Part shown: positions 8,893-17,177 of the stretch, one piece after another | Numbering within the stretch: the first letter of the stretch is position 1 | Layout of the letters: the number at the start of each line of letters is the position of its first letter | Assembly: GCA_030627405.1 (NCBI GenBank) | Contig: DAOUSD010000002.1 | Coordinates: 1 to 33,017 of the forward strand | DNA: 33,017 nucleotides | Direction of reading: 5' to 3' | Origin: Deltaproteobacteria bacterium | Lineage (GTDB): Bacteria; Desulfobacterota; Desulfobacteria; Desulfobacterales; ETH-SRB1 | Made by a program: the position numbers and the translations under genes | The notes under the pieces: generated by a model | Told to the model about the DNA's origin: nothing | The model's database searches: none | Seen by the model: the letters and a program-made list of their open reading frames with translations, nothing else

Positions 8893-9509
8893 TTATTTTG
8901 GCTCTTTGCTTGGTTATTACAAGCATTTTCATTTATTCAAAGCCATCGTCAATAGCTGTAGAAAAAAACATCTCGCTGAAACAAGCCCTGGCAGACATCC
9001 ATGGTTGGAACAACAATGGTTTTTCACCATTTGATCAGAAAATCGTTGATGCTCTGGAACTGGACGATTATGCAAATCAGAGTTATACAAAAGGACAAGA
9101 CATAGTATCACTTTACATAGGTTATTATCTTACAACAAAGAAAGTTGGAGCTGCGCATTCACCATTAGTCTGTTTTCCAGGGCAAGGCTGGATTATATCA
9201 GATACTGAAAAAAAAATTGTTAAAGCAGGTAAAAATAATATTAATTGTATAAGTATGGTTATTACAAAAGGTAAAAGAAAAGAGCTTATTTTGTACTGGT
9301 TTCAATCTTATGACCAGACGACCCCAGGGACTTTGCTTCAAAAAATATATACACTATGGGCTAAATTTCGATATAATAGAGAGGATAATGCATTTGTTCG
9401 AGTATCAGTAGCAATTGAAAATCAATTAAAAGATAAAGCTTTTAACACTGGAGAAAAATTTATTAAATCCTTCTATCCTCACTTTTTGCAATATGTAAAA
9501 GAAAAATGA
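8865..9509 (+). CDS. epsI: EpsI family protein (exosortase-associated)
   Basis: It has an N-terminal TM segment, then LELDDYANQSY...VSLYIGYY...GAAHSPLVCFPGQGW, which is typical of the EpsI domain. The start is TTG, 10 nt after aaggag (8849..8854), and overlaps the exosortase stop by 28 nt. Confidence 0.75.
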   Translation: MGQISHRKIIILALCLVITSIFIYSKPSSIAVEKNISLKQALADIHGWNNNGFSPFDQKIVDALELDDYANQSYTKGQDIVSLYIGYYLTTKKVGAAHSPLVCFPGQGWIISDTEKKIVKAGKNNINCISMVITKGKRKELILYWFQSYDQTTPGTLLQKIYTLWAKFRYNREDNAFVRVSVAIENQLKDKAFNTGEKFIKSFYPHFLQYVKEK

Positions 9510-9515
9510 TTAGCT

Positions 9516-10664
9516 ATGTTCACTTTTTTTCTTATAATCTATTTGCTGACAATTTTTCTATGTTTATCAAGTTATATTTTTTATCCAATAATTATTTGGG
9601 TATTGGGCAAGATGTTTACAATAAAAGTTAAAAAGAGAGATATTTACCCGGATATATCTATTATTATATCTGCATATAATGAAGAAAAAAATATTGAAAA
9701 AAAGATTAAAAATACTTTAGCCTTGGCATATCCTAAAGATAAAGTTGAGATTCTCGTAGGATCAGATGGCTCCACTGATGATACGCCAAATGTAGTAAGA
9801 AAATATGCTGACCAAGGGGTCCAGTTTGTTGATTTTAAAGACAACCGTGGGAAAACCGCTGTGCAAAATGATCTTGTGAATCAGTCCACTGGAGAAATTC
9901 TTATATTCACAGATGCTGCGTCATTTCTGCCAGGAAATGCAATACGAAAAATAATAAGAAATTTTTCTGACAATCGCATCGGCTGTGTTGCCGGAAGGAT
10001 GCGCTTTGTAGATACAAATACTAATCTTACGACTGAAAGTCAGGGTCTTTACTGGCGATATGAAGTCACTATACGTGAAATGGAATCACGGATAGGCAGC
10101 CTGATAGGTGTTGATGGCCCATTATATGCTGTTCGGCGTGACTGCTATGTTCCTTTGGGGCATCATGTTATCAGTGACCTGATGACTCCTCTGATAGTTC
10201 TTGATCAGGGGAGGAAAGTTATACTGGAGCCCGAAGCCCTGGTAGATGAAGATCCTACAACGAGGACAGAACATGAATTTTCTACACGTCGTCGTATTGT
10301 ACTTAGAGGGTTGGTTGGTATTTCGACATATATGGTATTATTGAATCCAATAAGGCATCCTGTCCTGTCGTTCCAAATTTTTTTCCATAAAGTCTTGAGA
10401 TGGTTTGTCGGCCCTTTAGTGATTTTAAACGGTCTGGCCTGTTTGGCCCTAACTGGCCATTGGTTTTTTAAATTTTTTTTAACCATGTATATACTCTTTT
10501 TTGTTGCTGCTGCTTTTGGGTGGATTACAGAACGCATTGGCGTAAAATTCAGAGCGTTAACCGTGCCTTATTATTTCAGCCTGGTAAATTTTGCAGCTAT
10601 AATGGGAATCATAGACTTTTTCAGAAAAAAACAGATTGTAACATGGAAACCAGTTCGTCATTAA
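9516..10664 (+). CDS. Glycosyltransferase family 2 with flanking TM segments (synthase-like)
   Basis: It has an N-terminal TM segment, then ISIIISAYNEEKNI, GSDGSTDDT and IFTDAAS, followed by C-terminal hydrophobic helices. Confidence 0.8.
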   Translation: MFTFFLIIYLLTIFLCLSSYIFYPIIIWVLGKMFTIKVKKRDIYPDISIIISAYNEEKNIEKKIKNTLALAYPKDKVEILVGSDGSTDDTPNVVRKYADQGVQFVDFKDNRGKTAVQNDLVNQSTGEILIFTDAASFLPGNAIRKIIRNFSDNRIGCVAGRMRFVDTNTNLTTESQGLYWRYEVTIREMESRIGSLIGVDGPLYAVRRDCYVPLGHHVISDLMTPLIVLDQGRKVILEPEALVDEDPTTRTEHEFSTRRRIVLRGLVGISTYMVLLNPIRHPVLSFQIFFHKVLRWFVGPLVILNGLACLALTGHWFFKFFLTMYILFFVAAAFGWITERIGVKFRALTVPYYFSLVNFAAIMGIIDFFRKKQIVTWKPVRH

Positions 10665-11755
10665 TTGTAAGGACTAACCCAATGAACCCAACAAACCCAA
10701 GTAACCCAAGTAACCCAAGTAACCTCAAAGCCGTTCTTTTTAAATCAGACGAAAGATTTTCTTCCTTCCTGAAAAAGCTATCCGAATTCGGTGTTGATAC
10801 CACAATTTTAGATTTTGAAGATCATGAATGGATAGACTTTGATTACAGTAATATTGATTTTATCATTTACTATCCATCATTTAAATACTCATCAAATCAT
10901 CCTCTGGCCCTTCATGAAGTATATGATAATTTAATGTTCATTCACTCTGAATTTCCAAGGGCTCAATTCTATCCGGCTCCTCAAATAATAAAGTATTACA
11001 ATGATAAATATAGACAGTATCTGTTTTTGACAAAGCATGGTTATCCGATTCCTGAAACTATCCCGCTTTTTTCTGAAAAATCAGTGGATTTTGCAGATAA
11101 AAAGCTGGGTTATCCTATGGTGATCAAAAACAGATATGGAGCCGGCGGCGGTTCTGTGTTCAGGATAAATAATAAAAAAGAGTTGCATAAATACTACAAT
11201 CTTTCCACCTTGAACCTGTTTAACCTGAAGTCCGCGAAATATTTTTGGAATATGCTTAGCAAAAGAATATTCTATTATCATCTAATTAAAGCAAAAAGAT
11301 CCAACTATCCTTTTTTATCTCCACCTCTTTTGGCACAGAAGTTTGTAACAATTGACCGCGATCTTAAAACTGTTGTTGGTAATTACAAGGTTGTTGAAGG
11401 ACATTGGAGATTACAAGCAAATGAAGATATGTGGAAAATGAATATTGATGGTGGTGGAACAGGTGTATGGAGTAAAATACCTCAAGAAGCACAAGAATTA
11501 TCCATAAGACTTGCAAAAGATCTCAAAGCATTATGGTTAAATCTTGATCTTATTATGAGTGATAATAATTTTTTAATTACAGAGTTTTCACCTGTCTGGC
11601 ATCACTATGCATACAAAGAAAACCCAAGTTTTGTTTATGAAAATGACTATAACCTTGAGCCCCTTGAAATTTCACTTGACCTTGAAAGAATAATCGTTGA
11701 ATCATTAATTAAAGCAGTGAAAGAAAAATATCCTGAAAATCCTGTCCAAAATTAA
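10643..11755 (+). CDS. ATP-grasp domain protein (RimK-like ligase)
   Basis: GYPMVIKNRYGAGGGSVFRINNKKEL is the Gly-rich ATP-grasp loop. The conserved body starts at KAVLF, right after the repeat. Candidate starts are ATG 10643 or ATG 10682; the track start at 10520 lies inside the upstream GT2 gene. Confidence 0.7.
   Translation: METSSSLIVRTNPMNPTNPSNPSNPSNLKAVLFKSDERFSSFLKKLSEFGVDTTILDFEDHEWIDFDYSNIDFIIYYPSFKYSSNHPLALHEVYDNLMFIHSEFPRAQFYPAPQIIKYYNDKYRQYLFLTKHGYPIPETIPLFSEKSVDFADKKLGYPMVIKNRYGAGGGSVFRINNKKELHKYYNLSTLNLFNLKSAKYFWNMLSKRIFYYHLIKAKRSNYPFLSPPLLAQKFVTIDRDLKTVVGNYKVVEGHWRLQANEDMWKMNIDGGGTGVWSKIPQEAQELSIRLAKDLKALWLNLDLIMSDNNFLITEFSPVWHHYAYKENPSFVYENDYNLEPLEISLDLERIIVESLIKAVKEKYPENPVQN
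10674..10727 (+). repeat. 9-bp tandem repeat NNAACCCAA (6 units) encoding NP(T/S) repeats
   Basis: The array reads ctaacccaa tgaacccaa caaacccaa gtaacccaa gtaacccaa gtaacctca. It begins 10 nt after the GT2 stop. Confidence 0.9.
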
Positions 11756-11787
11756 AAATATAAATTTAATCCATTCCATTATATACT

Positions 11788-12990
11788 ATGATTATACATC
11801 TTATAGCAGCAGCAAGGCCCAACTTCATGAAAATTGCTCCTCTTTATCATGCCTTAAAAAAGGAAGATTGGGCAAAACCGATTATTGTTCATACTGGCCA
11901 GCATTATGATTTGAATATGTCAGATGCGTTTTTTAAAGATTTGGAACTTCCCGAACCTGACATTCATCTCGGCATAGGCAGCGGCAGTCATGCAGAACAA
12001 ACAGGAAAAGTGATGATTGCCTACGAAAAAGTGCTAATGGAACATAGACCTGACCTGGTCATTGTAGTAGGTGACGTCAATTCAACTATGGCCTGCACCC
12101 TGTCAGCTTCAAAAATATCATATAACCCAAGTAACCCAATAAACTCAAGCAACTCAAGCAACCCAACTAACCCAACTAACCCAATAAACCCAATAAACCC
12201 AATAAACCCAATAAACCCAAATAACCCTGAACGGCCATTGATAGCCCACCTCGAAGCTGGCTTGCGTTCCTTTGATCGTACCATGCCGGAAGAGATTAAT
12301 AGAATTGTAACCGATTCTTTGGTAGATATTCTTTGGACGCCATCTCCTGATGGTGATGAAAATCTACTTCGGGAAGGGATATCAAAAGAGAATATCGAAT
12401 GTGTTGGAAACATTATGATCGATTCTCTTGAGATGCTTCGCAACAAAATTGAAGAACAGGCTGTTTTTAAGGAATTTGATGTAAATAAAAATGCCTATGG
12501 TTTAATTACTCTGCATCGTCCTTCTAATGTGGACAGCATAGAAGTGTTATCATCTATTTGTGATGTTTTTATAAATATATCTGAAAAACTTCCTTTGATC
12601 TTTCCTGTTCATCCGCGAACAAGAAAAAATCTTGAAAATTTTGGATTGATAAATGTTTTAGAAAAAGCAAAAAGCATATTTCTTGTTGAGCCAATAAATT
12701 ACATCCGCTTCATGAATCTGGTTTTCAACTGCCGGCTTGCTATAACGGATTCAGGGGGCATCCAGGAAGAAACTACTTATCTTGGCATACCCTGTCTAAC
12801 AATGCGTCCCAATACTGAGAGACCGATAACTGTTGATCAGGGTACAAACACGTTATGCACAATAGATAATCTTGAAGCTTTTGTTGAAACTATAATCACC
12901 GAAAGAGATACAAAGCTTTCAGTCCCTGAATTATGGGACGGCCATACCGCAGAAAGGATAGTACAATCCATCAAGACCTATATGAGCTAA
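11788..12990 (+). CDS. wecB: UDP-N-acetylglucosamine 2-epimerase (non-hydrolysing) carrying a 36-aa repeat insertion
   Basis: Motifs seen are ARPNFMKIAPL, GQHYD, HLEAGLRSFD, MPEEINR, HRPSNVD, HPRT, TDSGGIQEE and RPNTERP. Length is 400 aa against roughly 360-376 for typical WecB. Confidence 0.9.
   Translation: MIIHLIAAARPNFMKIAPLYHALKKEDWAKPIIVHTGQHYDLNMSDAFFKDLELPEPDIHLGIGSGSHAEQTGKVMIAYEKVLMEHRPDLVIVVGDVNSTMACTLSASKISYNPSNPINSSNSSNPTNPTNPINPINPINPINPNNPERPLIAHLEAGLRSFDRTMPEEINRIVTDSLVDILWTPSPDGDENLLREGISKENIECVGNIMIDSLEMLRNKIEEQAVFKEFDVNKNAYGLITLHRPSNVDSIEVLSSICDVFINISEKLPLIFPVHPRTRKNLENFGLINVLEKAKSIFLVEPINYIRFMNLVFNCRLAITDSGGIQEETTYLGIPCLTMRPNTERPITVDQGTNTLCTIDNLEAFVETIITERDTKLSVPELWDGHTAERIVQSIKTYMS
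12121..12228 (+). repeat. 9-bp tandem repeat (12 units, NNNAACCCA) inserted in frame in wecB
   Basis: The array reads tataaccca agtaaccca ataaactca agcaactca agcaaccca actaaccca x2 ataaaccca x4 aataaccct. It encodes YNPSNPINSSNSSNPTNPTNPINPINPINPINPNNP. Confidence 0.9.
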
Positions 12991-12997
12991 AAATTAG

Positions 12998-13024
12998 ACA
13001 GGATTTACAAGATATTCAGGATGG
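12998..13024 (-). repeat. Three 9-bp units containing ATCCTG/CAGGAT (acaggattt acaagatat tcaggatgg)
   Basis: Direct reading. The reverse complement (atcctgaat atcttgtaa atcctgt) resembles the last codons of the ATP-grasp gene (tatcctgaa aatcctgtc, about 11729..11746). Confidence 0.4.
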
Positions 13025-13031
13025 TTTTTCT

Positions 13032-13062
13032 TTTCAGCACTTTCCAGAAGAAAGTGCTGAAA
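13032..13062. other. Perfect 13-bp stem / 5-nt loop hairpin downstream of wecB
   Basis: The sequence is tttcagcactttc cagaa gaaagtgctgaaa. No U-tract follows on either strand, so its role as a terminator is unproven. Confidence 0.5.
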
Positions 13063-13276
13063 CTTAATCCGCTTTCAAGCGAATTGCCCGCCCTGTCTGA
13101 CGAAGTGGAGCGTAGATCCCGCTGTGTCGGGGTCACGATTGTTGTAAATTGATCGGGTATGTAATATCCATATATTCAAAATGGGCAGAAAACAAACACT
13201 TTCAAACATAAACAAAACCCACGTGTTGTTTTACAAATTGCAACCTTTGAAAAATCGTAATTAGGGAGACTAACTT

Positions 13277-13384
13277 ATGAGAACGATTCAGACCGAGGTG
13301 CCGGAGTGGCTTTTTAAAAAGGCTGAAGCTTTGGTTAAAGAAGGTTGGTTCCGAGACGAAAAGGATATTTTTTCTGAGGCTCGA
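13277..13384 (+). pseudogene. Truncated ribbon-helix-helix (CopG-like) antitoxin-type fragment
   Basis: MRTIQTEVPEWLFKKAEALVKEGWFRDEKDIFSEA resembles the beta-strand/helix/helix of RHH antitoxins. The reading frame then runs into glycosyltransferase-derived sequence. Confidence 0.3.
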
Positions 13385-14054
13385 TATCCATTTATACCAA
13401 ACAAAAAGGCGCATGTCCTTTATAACGCAGTTGATTATTCAGAACAAGTTCCCAAACAAACAAAAGATGCAGTTGTTATTCTGCAGCCGCTGGGTTGGAT
13501 ACAAAGGCTTTTTTGTCCTGTTAGATGCTTTAAAATTACTTGAAAAAAAGCGTGATGATTATGAAGTGTATATCGCAGGCGGCATTCACACTACCAATAA
13601 GTCTAATGATAATATTATCTATGAAGAAAAGCTAAGGAATAAAATCGCTAAAATAAACAATGTGAAAGTAATTGGTTATGTTTCTCATGATGAGCTAAAG
13701 AGCATGCTAAATAAAATTGATATACTTCTTTTTCCATCTTTGTGGGATGAACCTTTTGGACTTGTCCCCGCAGAAGCTACTATGGCTTCCACACCTACAA
13801 TAGCCTTTAGCGTGGGGGCTTTGCCTGAGGTTGTTATACACAATGAGACAGGTGTGCTAATTAAAAAGAGCAGATATGATCTTATTAATGCAAGAAGGCT
13901 TTCAAGTGAGATTTATAAATGTCTTGATAATCCGATGGTTATCAGAAAGCTTGGAATCAATGCCAGGACAAAATGCGTAAATGAATTTAATTGGCATGTT
14001 TATATGCAAAAACTTTTAAAGATCTATAAAAAAATAACAGATAATAATGAATGA
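13383..14054 (+). pseudogene. 5'-truncated and frameshifted GT4 (GT-B, Glycos_transf_1) glycosyltransferase remnant
   Basis: Only the C-terminal domain is present. IPNKKAHVLYNAVDYSEQ is in frame 2. LLFCSRWVGYKGFFVLLDAL and the EX7E motif EPFGLVPAE...GALPEVVIHNETGVLI are in frame 0. The frame switches in the A-rich tract around 13450..13465. Confidence 0.6.
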
Positions 14055-15330
14055 GAAAATTCTTATTATAGCATATCCCTTTCCCCCAATACCCTACAGC
14101 GGGACATATAGAATAATTAGAATTTGTAAAGGACTGTCGCGCCTGGGAGTAGAAGTACATGCGTTAAGTATAAATATTGATGACGATATTCCAAATGATT
14201 ATGATCTGCTCAAAAAATTCCCGAACGATATCAATATCCACAGAACGTATATCCCAGATCCATGGTTGCTATACCAGCAATGGAAGAAAAACAATAAAGA
14301 CAGAAAAGGTTTTAAGTATATAAATAAAATCTTATCTTTATTGCTAAGGTTAATAACAATTCCGGATCATCAGATCTTCTGGATACCCTTTGCGGTATTT
14401 CATGGCCGTAAAATAATAAAAAAGCATCATATCAAAACAATTTTAATCTCCTCACCACCGAATTCATCACAGCTTATCGGATATTTTTTAAAGAAAATGA
14501 CAAAGGTGAAATGGCTGGCAGATTTTAGGGACCCGATTGTAGGAAATGTAGCAGCGACTCATTTGATTAACCCCACGGATTTTATATCTAAAATCGAAAT
14601 AAGAATTCTGGTAGCGCTTGAGAATCTTGTGGTCAAGAACGCAGATATAGCAATTGCCAATACAGAAACCCATAGAAAAGAATTAACAGAGAAATTTAAG
14701 ACAGACAATTTTATTACCATAAGAAATTCTTTTGATGAAGATGATTATAAAGGCCTTTCAAAAGAAAAGTACAACAAGTTTACTATTGCCCATATTGGCA
14801 GTATGTACGGCCTGAGAAAAGCTGATGTTCTATTTGAGGCTATAAAAAAACTTGAAGAATTGATTGCACCTGAAGTCTTGAAAGTGCAAATACTCTTTGT
14901 AGGCCAAGGTGCCGATGATTTGAAGCGGTCTGTGAATAATTATGGTGTAGAAAAGTATGTTGAAATGAAAGGGATGGTTCCACACAAAGAGGCCATTCAA
15001 ATCATGATGAGATCACACCTGTTGCTACTGGTAAAGGCAACAGGCAAAGGGAGCCTCGGCCAGATACCAGCCAAGTTTTTTGAATATTTGGGAACGGGAA
15101 ATAAGATATTGTGCATTGGACCGAAAAAAAGCGAAGTTGCCGGCATAATAACGAAATTGAAAGTAGGTTATATAATTGATGATAACCTTTCAAAAATCTG
15201 TGAAATATTGAAGAAAGAATATAATACATATCAACAGAAACAAATTTACACAATAAATTCCGGAGAGATTGATGGTTTTAGCAGTTCATATATTGCAGAT
15301 GAAGTGGCGAAGCTTATATGTCAGGTATAG
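14047..15330 (+). CDS. Glycosyltransferase, GT-B fold (family 4-like)
   Basis: The N-terminus ILIIAYPFPPIPYSGTYRIIRICKGLSRLGVEVHAL and the C-terminal PAKFFEYLGTGNKILCIG are typical of WbuB-like group 1 glycosyltransferases. It overlaps its neighbours by 8 nt and 13 nt, consistent with an operon. Confidence 0.7.
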   Translation: MNEKILIIAYPFPPIPYSGTYRIIRICKGLSRLGVEVHALSINIDDDIPNDYDLLKKFPNDINIHRTYIPDPWLLYQQWKKNNKDRKGFKYINKILSLLLRLITIPDHQIFWIPFAVFHGRKIIKKHHIKTILISSPPNSSQLIGYFLKKMTKVKWLADFRDPIVGNVAATHLINPTDFISKIEIRILVALENLVVKNADIAIANTETHRKELTEKFKTDNFITIRNSFDEDDYKGLSKEKYNKFTIAHIGSMYGLRKADVLFEAIKKLEELIAPEVLKVQILFVGQGADDLKRSVNNYGVEKYVEMKGMVPHKEAIQIMMRSHLLLLVKATGKGSLGQIPAKFFEYLGTGNKILCIGPKKSEVAGIITKLKVGYIIDDNLSKICEILKKEYNTYQQKQIYTINSGEIDGFSSSYIADEVAKLICQV

Positions 15331-17177
15331 CAGGAATATATTATTTTAATCAGCAGGACAGCAAACCGCTTGAATATGAACTAATTCCTATGTTCAAAGC
15401 AATGTCCCCTGGCCAAATAGATGATCAAGCTACTTTCATTAATGCTGAATATTTTGCTTTCGGTGTATGCAATAGTAATAATGTTCACTCAGGTCAATTT
15501 TATGAGAATGATGATTGGGTTGTATCCTTTAATGGCAGACTTACAAATAGTGACGAATTAATAAAACGAGCTGGTTTTCCAAATCGTGATTCCAACACGT
15601 CAGAAGCAAGAATTATTGCTTATCTGTTTGATAAATATTTGAATGAAACCGTAGAAATACTTCAAGGAATATTTGCTTATGCTGTTTGGGATAAGAGGAA
15701 TAAGCAGCTTTACATATATACCGACAGGCATGGTTATGAATTTATATATTATTTTCAAGATAATAACAAATTTGTGTTTGCCTCTGAAATTAAACCTATC
15801 TTAAAACATTTAAATAGACGTATCAAAGTAGATATTGATGGGATATGCGATATTTACAATTTTAACACAGTCTTTAATAATCGAACACCTTATAAAAATG
15901 TAAAACTGCTTCCACATGCAGCCGCGTGCCAAGTATTTAAAGATAGTTTAACTATAAATCAATACTGGGATTATCCGATAGACGTAAATCATTGTAAAGA
16001 CCATTATAACAAAATACTGGATGATGCTAAAAATGCTATTCAGTCTGCTGTTCAGAATGCTGTTAACGGTTTTGACAACCTGGGTATCATGTTGAGTGGT
16101 GGACTGGATTCGCGCCTTCTTGCTGCTGTGGCAGTCCAGCATTCACCAAATATGAAGGCTTTTACATTTCAATTTGGTGAATCAATTAATAAAGATTGCG
16201 ACATCGCTGAGCAGATAGCAAAGAGTCTTGGAATTGAATTCCAACTTATCCAATTACCACCTTCGGATTTTATCAAAAACATTGAAGAGTGCCTGATAGA
16301 TAGTGATGGGCAATGGGGCTTCCTTGATTTAATTCCCAAGATTACTGCGATTAGTAAATTATATCCTGGGATTGCGTTAATAAACGGTTTTTTAATGGAT
16401 ACCCTTTTTAAATCAGGCTGGGCTTTTTTCCCTAATAAGGGATTTGAAAAAATTGGTATCGAACATTTTGTCAGCAGATATTCGGTAATGGGTGACTATA
16501 TGGTTGACAAAGTGTTTAATCCTGATTTTGCACAGTTGCTTAAGTTAAAAAAAAGGGAAAGAATAAATGAAAATATCAATGCTATGCCTCAAGACAAGCC
16601 TCTTGAAGTTTCACTAAAATTTTACTGCCTTAACAGAGCCCGCAAATCTCATAATCTCATTTTTAAAGCATTCAAGCGTTATACAGATATTATACTGCCA
16701 GGTGCGGATTACGCACTGACTGACTTTGCTTTTAGTCTTCCAAATGAACTGAGATCTAACTCTGATTTTTATAGGGATTTGATCTGTACATGGTTTCCAG
16801 GTATCGGGGCAATCGAGTGGGACCTCACAGGTAAACCGGTAAATAGAGGCATGAAAAGCAAAAAACGAAAAATAGCTAACTTAATTTTTAAAATAAAGTA
16901 TTCTGCCCAACGGTTAACAAAGGGGAGTTTGGATTTCCTTAATGCCAAACATTCTTTTAATAGAAAATTTAGAGCTGACAAAATATTCAGAACATCTGTT
17001 CAGGATATCCTATATGATAATAAGAGCTTGAACCGTGGTTTTTATAATCATGATAGGTTAAGCAGACTAATCAAAGAACAGTTAAATGGAAAAGATTATT
17101 CAGTTGTATTTAAATCTCTTTTATCAGTAGAATTGCTTCACAGGATATTTATTGATGAACCGTTCAAAAATAGCTGA
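15318..17177 (+). CDS. Asparagine synthase-like amidoligase with a degenerate glutaminase site
   Basis: The PP-loop SGGLDSR is intact. The N-terminus is MSGIAG (Ser where the Cys2 nucleophile should be), NGE is replaced by NGR, and DSE by TSE. Confidence 0.8.
   Translation: MSGIAGIYYFNQQDSKPLEYELIPMFKAMSPGQIDDQATFINAEYFAFGVCNSNNVHSGQFYENDDWVVSFNGRLTNSDELIKRAGFPNRDSNTSEARIIAYLFDKYLNETVEILQGIFAYAVWDKRNKQLYIYTDRHGYEFIYYFQDNNKFVFASEIKPILKHLNRRIKVDIDGICDIYNFNTVFNNRTPYKNVKLLPHAAACQVFKDSLTINQYWDYPIDVNHCKDHYNKILDDAKNAIQSAVQNAVNGFDNLGIMLSGGLDSRLLAAVAVQHSPNMKAFTFQFGESINKDCDIAEQIAKSLGIEFQLIQLPPSDFIKNIEECLIDSDGQWGFLDLIPKITAISKLYPGIALINGFLMDTLFKSGWAFFPNKGFEKIGIEHFVSRYSVMGDYMVDKVFNPDFAQLLKLKKRERINENINAMPQDKPLEVSLKFYCLNRARKSHNLIFKAFKRYTDIILPGADYALTDFAFSLPNELRSNSDFYRDLICTWFPGIGAIEWDLTGKPVNRGMKSKKRKIANLIFKIKYSAQRLTKGSLDFLNAKHSFNRKFRADKIFRTSVQDILYDNKSLNRGFYNHDRLSRLIKEQLNGKDYSVVFKSLLSVELLHRIFIDEPFKNS

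Noticed and set aside
10520-10642. Long N-terminal extensions in the ORF track (10520, 22263, 23730, 26034, 32074, 3598)
   Set aside because: The extensions overlap upstream genes, start at TTG/GTG, or translate repeats or attC sequence. Internal ATGs with an RBS, located where the conserved domains begin, were preferred.
12021-12446. 141-aa minus-strand ORF with GFIGFIGFIGLVGLVG repeats
   Set aside because: It is the antisense translation of the 9-mer repeat inside a clearly intact wecB gene, so it is a shadow ORF.
13032-13062. Hairpin downstream of wecB as a Rho-independent terminator
   Set aside because: The 13-bp stem is perfect but AT-rich and is not followed by a T-tract on either strand. 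It is reported only as a hairpin.
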